64,000 nucleotides of DNA. Source: Nageia nagi (taxonomy: Eukaryota > Plantae > Pinophyta). The stretch spans positions 59,272,001-59,336,000 of the forward strand of contig JBITNC010000001.1 of NCBI GenBank assembly GCA_050084985.1. The letters are read 5' to 3'. Shown in pieces: positions 1-9,492 of this stretch. The position numbers and the translations under genes were made by a program. Numbering within the stretch: position 1 is the first letter of the stretch; every line of letters starts with the position of its first letter. The notes beneath the pieces were generated by a model. That model worked only from the letters and a program-made list of their open reading frames with translations, made no database searches and was not told where the DNA came from.

Positions 1-1289
1 AAAAGTTTAAATTATTTATATATGTATTATTTAATTTATAAGAAGATTTATATTTCCCTTTAAAAATCCTAGATTTAGGATTATAAAAAAAGGATAAAAG
101 TATTTGATCATATCTTTTTCAACCTTATGAGTTTACTATTAAACTTTTAAGAGTTTTTATATCTGTATTTCAAGAGTACATAGTCTAAATTTTATAATGT
201 TTGAAGTTATATTGAATATTTTGTGAGAAGAACATTAAGGTCTACTTATAAATATTCTAAGATCTAGAAAGGGTAAGAGTAAATCAACCATATATTTTTC
301 ATCCATTTGAATTTACTTCTAAAATTTTATGAATTTTTAAATATTAGTATCATACATATTTAGTAAAAATTTTAGGTTGTTTAAAAAAGAATCGTTTAAT
401 TTATGATAAAATTGGTGATTTTAATTTTGATAAACAAAGGGCCAAAGGTGAAATGTTCATAACTATTACTTATGATATCAGTTTAAAATAAAATTTTAGA
501 AATGGATGGTTATTTATGGTAATTATATATAATAAAAAGTTTAAATTTTTTACAATTGATTTGGTAGCCATTTTAATTTCTAAAAATAAATACTTTTATT
601 CCACCTTTACATACACATACATTGGAATAATATAAGAATGAAAAGGATATTAATAAACCTTAGAAAATACTTGAAAATGATAAACTTGAATTTCATGACA
701 TGGTTAATAATATGATTAATACAATAGTGACTCTTTAGAAGAACCTTATTTTTCCTTATCAATACCTTCATGGGTTTATTATTAAGGATTCAATTTCTTC
801 AAATATCAAAGAGCATGATGTAGAGTGTGAGGCCCTTCCTCTCACTTGTATTAGTATAGATTATGTGGATCTAGTTTTTTCTAGTTTATTGGAGCATGTT
901 GTAGGGTGTGAGGATATCCCTCTCACTTATATTAGCATGCAAATGGTAGAGCAACATGATTTCATAGAGTATTCACACCAAGATTTTAGAGTGTAATAGA
1001 TATACTTAAGAACATCATAAGATTACTTCAAAATATAGCAACAATGTGGTGGTTTCTTTGTTGACTCTTTTAGATCATTATTTTTATTTCCCACTCCTTA
1101 ATAACAATATTATCAATACCTTAGTGGGATTTGGATGCTCATATGGACTCCTATTAAGATTTGGCATATTGTTAGCTATTTTGGATGAGTTGGATTCCTT
1201 AGCTCTTTTCTTTTTATCTTATTTATGGAGGGATTATACTTCGTATTTTAGAATTCTTTGATGATAAAACTTTTAAAAAGGTTCGAAAA

Positions 1290-1638
1290 TGTAATGACCC
1301 TCTTTAGTAGATTAATAGGCTATTTTGTAGTGATGTGTAGTGGGATTATATTAATATTTGTAGGCTATTATATTAATATATATAGACTATTATATTAATG
1401 ACCCATAATATGTTATGTTATATTAGTATTTATCCCATATGTAATAAGTTTAGAGGGTGAAGGATCACAAAGGGCTATTTATATGAGGCCTTCCCTATTG
1501 TAATAATCAAAATATATATATAATTCATTTGAGAAGAGAAATTATTCTCTAGGAGGTTCCCCCCTCAAAGTGGTATAAGTAATTTGATTACTTTAGTAAG
1601 TGGTATTTGTAATGGTTATTTGTAGTGCATTCTTAACA
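1290..1638 (+). repeat. LTR (shared middle LTR of the tandem element)
   Basis: TG...CA termini; homologous to 3291-3743. Confidence 0.85.
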
Positions 1639-1640
1639 AG

Positions 1641-1652
1641 TGGTATTAGAGC
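1641..1652 (+). promoter_or_regulatory. Primer-binding site, tRNA-iMet type
   Basis: TGGTATTAGAGC, 2 nt after the LTR end (consensus TGGTATCAGAGC). Confidence 0.85.
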
Positions 1653-2757
1653 ATGGTCTTGGCACTTGTGGGTTTGGACAAGTTGAAGGGTTTTTATTTT
1701 GGTTGGTTTGAATTTAATTATTCAAAATGAAACATATGAATAAATTTACTTCTAAAATTTATAGGATTTGCATATAATTATGTCAAGAAGGGTTAGTAAA
1801 ATGTTCAAGTATTTTACAACTTGTTTGCATATTTTATAAGCATTTCAATTTTCATAATAAAATATTTGTATAGGATGAAATAAGAGGTTTTTGCTTCTAA
1901 AAGTTTTGGATAATTTTAGTATAGATAAGAGAATCATTCTATCAAAATTGTAAATTTTTTATATCTATAGTAATCAATTATGAGAAGATTTGTGTTTCCT
2001 CTTAAAAACCCTAGATTTAGAATTATGAAAAAAAGAAAAAAGTATTTGATCATTTTTTATCTTTATGATTTTTCTATTGAAATGTATAGGGTTTTTATAT
2101 TTGTATCTCAAAAGTACATAGTTTACATTTCAAAAAGTTTGCAATTATATTAAGCATTTTGTGAGAAGAACATTGGAGTCTCCTTATAAATGCTCTAAAG
2201 ATCTAAAAGGGGTAAGAGTAAATCAACCATATCATTTTTATTTGTTCAAATTTTCTTCTAAAATTTTATAGATTTTTAGATATTATTATCAAAAGTGTTC
2301 AATAAAAATGTTAGGTTATTTCAATAATAATTATTTTATTTATGAAAAAATTGGTGATTGTAATTTTGATAAATAAAAGGCAAAATATGAAATCTTCATA
2401 ACTATTACATATGATACCAGTTTGAGATAAATTTTAGATATGGATGGTTATTAATGGTACCTATATATAGTAAAAACTTTAGATTTTTTGCAATTTATTT
2501 TATAGCCATTTTAATTTTTGAAAAATGGATACTTTTGTTCTACCTTTACATACACATACATTGGAACAATATAAGCATAAAGAAGATATTAATAAACTTT
2601 GAAAAAACTTGAAAAAGATAAACTTGAATTTTATGATATGGTTAATGACCTTATTAATACAATAACCACTCTTTAGATGAAACTTACTTTTCTTTATCAA
2701 TACTTTCATGGGTTTATTGTTGAGGAGTTAGTTTCTTTGAATGTTGAGGAGTGTGAT

Positions 2758-2965
2758 GTAGAGTGTGAGGCCCTTCCTCTCACTTGTATCAGTGTAGATG
2801 ATGTGGATCCAATTTATTTAAGTTTATTAGACCATGTGGTAGAGTATGAGACCTTTTCTCTCGCTTGTATTAGTATAGATTATGTGGATCTAATTTCTTC
2901 AGGTTTATTAGAGCATATTGTAGTGTGAGGATATTCCTCTCACTTATATTATCATGGACATGGTA
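2758..2965 (+). repeat. 81-bp (27-codon) in-frame internal tandem repeat; ~2.5 copies here and ~1.5 copies at ~820-945
   Basis: ORF 2677-2928 reads VECEALPLTCISVDDVDPIYLSLLDHV / VEYETFSLACISIDYVDLISSGLLEHI. Confidence 0.75.
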
Positions 2966-3290
2966 GAGTAGTAGGATTTTATGGAGTATTCATATCAAGA
3001 TTTTAGAATGTAGAAGAGTGAATTTAGAGCATCATAGGAGGAATTCATGGTGGTTTCTTTGTTGACTCTTTTAGATCATTTTTTTTATTTTCCACTCCAT
3101 GATAACAAAATTATCATTACCTTGGTTGGATTTTGATACTCATATCATATCCTATTAAGATTTGGTGCATTGTTGGCTACTTTGGATGAGTTGGATTCCT
3201 TATCTTTTTTCTCTCTTTATTGTTTATGGAAGGATTGTACTTTGTATTTTAGAATACTTTGAGGATAAAGCTTATTAAAAGGGTCAAAAA

Positions 3291-3743
3291 TGTAATGACC
3301 CTCCTTAGTAGATTAGTAGGCTATTTTGTGGCAATGTGTAATGCGATTATATTAATGTGTGTAAGCTATTATATTTTGATGTGTGTGTAAAAGCTTTGAG
3401 GATAAATCTTCCTTAAGGGAGTCATAATTTTATAACCTCATAAAATGTTATTTATGTTATATTAGTATATATCCCACATGTAATAGGCTTGGAAGGTGAA
3501 AGGTCACAAAGTGTTATTTATATGAGACCTTCCCTATTGTAATAATCAAGCAAGAAATATAATGCATTTGAGGGGAGAACTTATTCTCTAGGTACCCTCT
3601 TTGAAGTGGTGCAAGCAATTCAATTACTCTAATAAGTGGTATTTTGTAATGGTTTTGCATATTTGAATGGTATTTGCATATTGAAGTGGTTTTATGTGTA
3701 TTTATAAATAATTTGATTATTATGCAATGGTGGGTTCTTAACA
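3291..3743 (+). repeat. 3' LTR of the tandem element
   Basis: TGTAATGACC...TTCTTAACA; carries indels relative to 1290-1638. Confidence 0.8.
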
Positions 3744-5050
3744 AATGATAATTGATTCCAAAGGTTCTTTAGGAAGGAACCAACTATTTGTATTATTATT
3801 CCATTACACACATGGTATGTTGATATCTACAACTACCTCAAGAAAGAAAAGATTTCAAATTCATGATGATCTAAGTTCTTCAAGAAAGGCTAAAATGCAT
3901 GGCTATAAGGTATGTCGTTATTCGTAATATTCTTTACAAAAGATCATTTGATGGTACTTTGCTTATATGTCTAAATGAACCTGAAGCAAATTAGGTCGTG
4001 GAACGAGTACATGATAGCATAAATGGAGGTCATTTTAATGGTAAAGTAATTTATCATAAGCTAATAAGACTATGATTGCATTTTGTGTATTCAAATATGT
4101 GAAAAATATCAAAAGTATACTAACTTGAAATAGGCTCCTCCAAGTGAACTAGCAATAATGAATTAACCCTAACCTTTTGCTATTTGTACCTTAGATTTAA
4201 TTAGTGTTATCAATCATAAATCTAGTGAAGGGTATAAATTTATCCTAGTTAATCTAGAATACTCCACAGAATGCATTGAAGTTGTACCTTTGACTGAAAT
4301 TATCATTACTAGATTTAATTGTAAAATTTATGACTAAAAATATCATTACTAGATTTGGTGTTCCATCTCATCTCATCATGAATAATGGAAAGAACTTCAT
4401 AAGAAAGCAAGTTAGGGAGTTTTGTAAGGGATTCAAAATCAAGCAAAGATACTCATCGACCTACTATCCATAAGGTAATGGAAAAGTTAAAGCAATCAAC
4501 AAGCTAATTGTTAACATTCTATGTAAGATAATCAAGAAAAATTAGAGAGATTAGCATTCTAAACTTATATTACCTTATGAGAATACATGATAAGCATCAT
4601 ATAAGCTACAAGATGTACTTCATTTTCACTAGTTTATGGATATGAGATACTCTTACCATTAGAGGTAAATATACCATCATTAAGGGTGTCCCTAAAAGGC
4701 ATCATTGATTGGGAAAAGTAACAAAAAGAAATACTAAGGATGTTAGAAGGATTAGATGAAAAGAGAATACATGCATTGGAGCATCTCAGAGTCTATCAAA
4801 AAATAGCAAAGAAACCACATAGCAAAAATATTATACCACGTGAGTTTCAAGTGGATGATCTAGTGTCAAGGAGAACCATCATAAGTCACAACCTTAAAAA
4901 TAAGAGAAAGGTAAATTTGAGACCAACTAGATAGATCCATACATCATCAAGACCAAGTATCCAAATAATGCCTACAAGTTGGTAATAGTTAAAAGAAACA
5001 TTGATAAATTCTCAACCAATGTAAAGCATCTCAAACCCTTCTATGTATGA
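3744..5050 (+). pseudogene. Degenerate Ty3/Gypsy (Tat/Ogre-like) integrase
   Basis: Hand translation: WYVDIYNYLK...NILYKRSFDGTLLICLNEPEA...GGHFNGK; ITRFGVPSHLIMNNG; YYP*GNG; ORF 4740 LDEKRIHALEHLRVYQK...REFQVDDLV; ends KHLKPFYV*. Many stops and frameshifts. Confidence 0.9.
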
Positions 5051-6495
5051 GGTACGCTTGTCACACATGTTTTATAGGTCATCCTTTGGTTAGTCATCAA
5101 TTCAAAAGTTAGGTATTAGGATCTTAGCTTTGTTCTCAATCTATTGAGCTAGCACTCATGCTAGCTTTCTGTGTAAAACTCCTAAGTCATACTAGCACCC
5201 GCATTGGTGTTTTTAGCATATTTTAAGATATAGTTAAAATTATAGGGTTCAATAACCTTAGTCAGATCAACTAACTAATACATCACCTTCAAAACCCTAT
5301 TAGAAATTGTAATGTAATATTGTGTAATATTTCTCTTTAATGTAAATTCACTTAATATTTAAATTATCTTTAGATACCTTAAAGCATTAAAAGAATAAAT
5401 ATAGAGACATCTTTAACCATATCATTGGGTTAAAGGAAAGTTAAAGGGTGGATTTCTTCATATAAATAGAGAGGTACCCCTATAATTATGTAACTTGATG
5501 AAGCATGGTAATACTTGTATTGAGAATTTGTAGGAGAGTTATCTTGTGAAAAAGTAATAGAAAGGATAGTTCAAAGTAGATGTACTCTTAAGAGATTGAT
5601 GAACCATTATACATAATGTGTTATCTTTTGTGTGATTGTTTCTTGTTTACTTAGATGGTTGAATGCTAGATTTGGTAGAAAAACTTCAAAGTGATCTTGG
5701 TTATATAGAATCTTTCAATTCCATTAAGTGGTATCAGAGAATAGTTCCTTATTATGGTCTCCTCAAATTTCTACTTGATGATTTTGAGGTAACCCTCCTC
5801 AAATTTAAGGTATACCTATCTCCTAGTCTTGTTTCAATTTTTTGAAACTTCATTGGTTAATCAATTTCAATTTCTTATTTTGAAGTTGAAAGTTGATATT
5901 TATACTAACATGTTTTTATCTTGAGAATAATGGGTTTAAATTTAAGATAAAAGTTTACCTTAATTACATGTTAGTGGTAGTTGAAGTTAAATCTAGCATA
6001 TGAAATATGGTTAGAATCTAAGATCTTACTAAGTTGTAAGCTTACAAAAATCTAATTTATGATTTTTTGTAACAAAAGTTTTTTTTAACAATAAAGTTAA
6101 AATATCATCTTTCTCTATTTAACAAAGGTTACAAAAATGTTTTTTGTCATAAGTATAGTTACAAAAGCTTGCAAATTTTTTATGAAAATTTTGATGAATT
6201 TTTTATATATATAAAAATGGGAGGTTTATATATATATATATGAAAAATGAATTTTCTTTTTATATTTTTAATATTTAAAAAAAAATAGAATTTTTTGTTT
6301 TTTATTATTTAAAAAAAATAGATTTCTTTGTTTTTTATTTTTTAAATAATAAAAATTAAAAGTTTTTTTCCTATATTTTATATAGATTTTTTTTAATTTC
6401 TTTTATTTTTATTTTTTTAAATTCTTTTGTTTTTTTTCAAACAGATTTTTATTTTAAAAAGTTTTTAAATAAAATCTTTTTTTATTTTAAAAACA

Positions 6496-6684
6496 AAAAA
6501 AGGGGCCGCACGCTGAGCGTTGGCCATCCTTGGGTGCCTGCGGACCCTTCAGGGATGTCGCCACCTTCTCATTGACACCATCTAAAACAAGTACTCTGTT
6601 TCTCCACACAGGTCTAGTGGATATGTGTCTCTTATTGCATTATTCTTGGATGTGTCTGCTTGATGCTTGCAGAGCACCTAACAA
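6496..6684 (-). mobile_element. GC-rich ~190-bp insert ending (minus strand) in a hairpin plus oligo-T; SINE-like or truncated non-LTR retroposon
   Basis: CpG-retaining island in near-pure AT; minus strand ends ...GCGTGCGGCCCCTTTTTTT; possible 12-bp TSD ATTTTAAAAACA / A|TTTTTAAAACA once the Helitron is removed. Confidence 0.35.
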
Positions 6685-7221
6685 TCTAAAAACTAGGGAA
6701 TGTTATTAAGGAAAAAGGCAACGATATTGTTAAAAACTTGAGGAATAAAAAAATTAAAAAATCCATCAATAATTGGGTTAAAGTTAATATCCCACCCAAT
6801 ATTTCTATTTCAAACATTATTTTTAGAAAGTTGTGATATTAACCCTTTTTTTTATTAAAAAAACAAGGGGAATCCTATGCCAAGATTCTTATTGCTCAAA
6901 AGTTTTTTTAAAAAGAGGGAAAGTGTATTTTTTCTCAAAATATTATGTTTTAATTTGAGAAAGATATTAATTTTTATTTTTTGAACAAGGCATTAATATT
7001 TTAAAAAAAAATTATTTGAAGGATCTTAATTGTTTTTATTAAATGGGTATTTTATATGAAAAAAGACCTTGATTTTTAAGGCATTATAAAATAATTATTT
7101 TTTAATGGGTAATAATGAGGATTAAGTCCACCATTTATTACGTCGAGAGGCGATTCTACAGCTGCAATATGGGGTGGAGTGGGGGAGCAAAATGTAGCAT
7201 GTGAGTCCGTCCGTTAAAAAA

Positions 7222-7232
7222 TTGGCGGGAAA
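7222..7232 (-). promoter_or_regulatory. E2F-type site (TTTCCCGCCAA) in a GC-rich promoter-like patch
   Basis: Exact TTTSSCGS match upstream of TATATAAATG (~7300) and a GTAAG splice-donor-like site (~7432). Confidence 0.45.
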
Positions 7233-7586
7233 ATATTTTTTTAAAATTAAAATTATATAGCCGACTGAAATATTAAAAGACACATCTTTTCAAAAATTAT
7301 TATATAAATGGAAGGAAGAATATCAAACATCATAAAAATTCATTCCCAAATCAATCGAGAGATGCAGTGAATTCGAACAAGCAAAGTTGGAACAAAAGAT
7401 TGTAAAAACAGAAGAGAACTTTAATTTTATTGTAAGTTAATTCTTTGCTATTGTAAATATATTTTTACTGTAATATTTCTTATTTCTTATTTTACATACA
7501 ATTTATACTCTGAATTCTTTTGCGCTTCTTATCTTGCTGTTCGCATAAAACTTTATTAAAAAATGCTCTGAATTCATAAAGTTTTA

Positions 7587-7798
7587 CATAAATCACAAGG
7601 TTTGACACTTAATAAAGCAACAATAGATATTGGAGAAAGGGAAAGGCAAGGTTTAACATTTGTTGCTATATCTCGCATCAAAGCATGGATGGACTTAGAA
7701 TTTTAGCACCGTTTCCATATCGTTATGCAAAATTGAAATCAGGAAAAGGAGTTGTGCAAAGGAAAGCTGAAGAAGAAAGACTCAAATCTTTGGAGTAG
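7587..7798 (+). pseudogene. Pif1-family (SF1B) helicase C-terminal fragment, motifs V-VI
   Basis: HKSQGLTLNKATIDIGERERQGLTFVAISRIKA, one frameshift, then GLRILAPFPYRYAKLKSGKGVVQRKAEEERLKSLE*. Confidence 0.88.
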
Positions 7799-7980
7799 CC
7801 AAAAATCAATATTACTATGATTAATTTTGAATTTTTTTAAATCTTACTCAATATTATTTGTCAATGACTCCTTATGTATGAGTCATATTCATTTGTTAAA
7901 CATTATTTTTAAAATAATATTTGCATTTGTATTGTATCTCTTAATATTATAATTCAATAATCACGTGATAATGGATGCCA

Positions 7981-8136
7981 CTAGCTTTGATATAACCCCT
8001 TATATATCAAAAAACGTCGAAAGATATCATTTCGAGGCACCTATCTTGGATATAGCAATACCAAGAAATGAGATAGGCACCTCGAAATGATATCTCTCGA
8101 CGTTTTTTGATATATAAGGGGTTATATCAAAGCTAG
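7981..8136. mobile_element. Fold-back MITE with 66-bp arms, inserted in the Helitron terminal CTAG (TSD either TA or CTAG)
   Basis: 7981-8046 is the reverse complement of 8071-8136 with 3 mismatches, two of them from CpG decay of GGCGCC. Confidence 0.88.
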
Positions 8137-9245
8137 TTTTTAAAACATGGCCATTAAAAATAATTTTATGATCTTGGTCAATTATAGTTAGTCCCATAAT
8201 TTTTTTGCAATTAAAAAAAAATGCTATAATTTTTTTCAAGTATAAAAAACTTTCAAGGTAAAATTGGACTAATTTATCAAGTAAGATAAATTTTTGAAGG
8301 CAATAATTATTATTTTTATATATTATCCAATATCTTGCAAACCACTTTAATTGCACACTTCTTTTAATATAATTTTTTTTTCTTATGTTGTTTTATAACA
8401 TTTTGTTGTTATAATGACAAAGAAAAAAAATGAGAAGTTGCATTATATTATAAAAATTTATACTTAGTTATGTACATTATATTGCTATTATGTTGCTATT
8501 GTATTTGGATGGTTAATTTGTGCACATGGTTCGAAAAAATCATATAATGCTTGGATGTGCATAACATAAAAATTTAGGTAAAAAAAAATTTCAAACTTTA
8601 ATATGCACTATCCTTATTGGTTTCATTAATTTTATATTGCAAAAGTTTTATTATGCTTAATATGCATTGGATTATAAAATTGATGGTTAATATGAAAATT
8701 TATTGTATGCACTTTATTTGAAGTAAATGTTTATGCTACTTTTTCATCTTCATTACTTTTTAATCCTATGTTAGATGAAATTTTTTTTGGTTGAGCACAA
8801 ATTCTTGTTGGAGTAAAGTTTGTAAACTTTCTCAACATTAGAATTGTTATGTATTAATCGATAATATACTTGATAGAGTGCAAAGTTTTAAAATTATTTT
8901 CATAAAATTTATTAAGGATAATTCACTATTGATTACTTTTGTATAAGAAAAATTTTTGCTTTAAAATAAAAGTATACGAGTACCTTTGGGAAGTGTACGT
9001 TCCTTTTTATGTTTATAGAGATTAGTAATTACAATAATTTTTTAATGAAATTTATTCTTGAAGAAAAGTATAAAATCTAAGCATATTTCTATGTTTGAGA
9101 ATATTTATAGATTATTACCACTATACTTTCATAATTTAGAAGTTTATCCATATTTATGAATTAATGCCACTATACTTCTATATTTAAAAAGTTTTATCCA
9201 TGTTGATGGATTATTTTTCATATTACTACTTATTAGCAAGTTATA

Positions 9246-9492
9246 GTGGTTAAAAAAATTTATCCTCCATGACTACATTGTTGGAGTGGTTAAAAAGGTT
9301 TACCCTTCTCCATGACTACATTATTGTAATGGTTAAAAAAGTTTATCCTTCTCCATAACTACATTGTTGTAATGGTTAAAAAGGTTTATCCTTTTCATAA
9401 ATACATTGTTGGAGTGGTTACAAAAGTTTGCTCTTCTCTATGATTGCATATTGTTGGAGTGGTTAAAAAGGTTTATCCTTCTTCAAAATTAC
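9246..9492 (+). repeat. ~43-bp minisatellite, ~6 copies (GTGGTTAAAAAGGTTTATCCTTCTCCATGACTACATTGTTGGA)
   Basis: Direct inspection. Shorter ~48-bp and ~56-bp duplications flank it at ~9110-9215 and ~9578-9710. Confidence 0.85.

Larger units (their letters stand above)
1..3743 (+). mobile_element. Tandem non-autonomous LTR retroelement (TRIM/LARD-like): [internal]-LTR-internal-LTR, left end outside window
   Basis: 1-1289 is a diverged copy of ~1944-3290. LTRs at 1290-1638 and 3291-3743 both start TGTAATGACCC and end TTCTTAACA. PBS follows the first LTR, a purine-rich tract precedes each LTR, and no gag/pol motifs were found. It abuts Tat integrase sequence at 3744. Confidence 0.8.
6685..8136 (+). 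mobile_element. Helitron-like non-autonomous deletion derivative
   Basis: Pif1 helicase C-terminus at 7587-7798; 3' end with decayed hairpin (TCACGTGATAATGGA) then CTAG|T after removing the MITE; candidate 5' A|TC at 6684/6685 (5' end uncertain). Confidence 0.65.

Noticed and set aside
6170-6495. Microsatellite or structural element in the extreme A/T tract
   Set aside because: Low complexity with no stable period; consistent with deamination-eroded internal sequence.
6496-6550. Bacterial rho-independent terminator or Au SINE
   Set aside because: No prokaryotic context; no A/B boxes and no convincing similarity to the Au consensus as I recall it.
8027-8356. 109-aa minus-strand ORF as a gene
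   Set aside because: It spans the MITE/Helitron/host junction, is low complexity and has no motif.
9246-9492. CRISPR-like array
   Set aside because: Head-to-tail degenerate units with no unique spacers, no cas genes, and a eukaryotic context.
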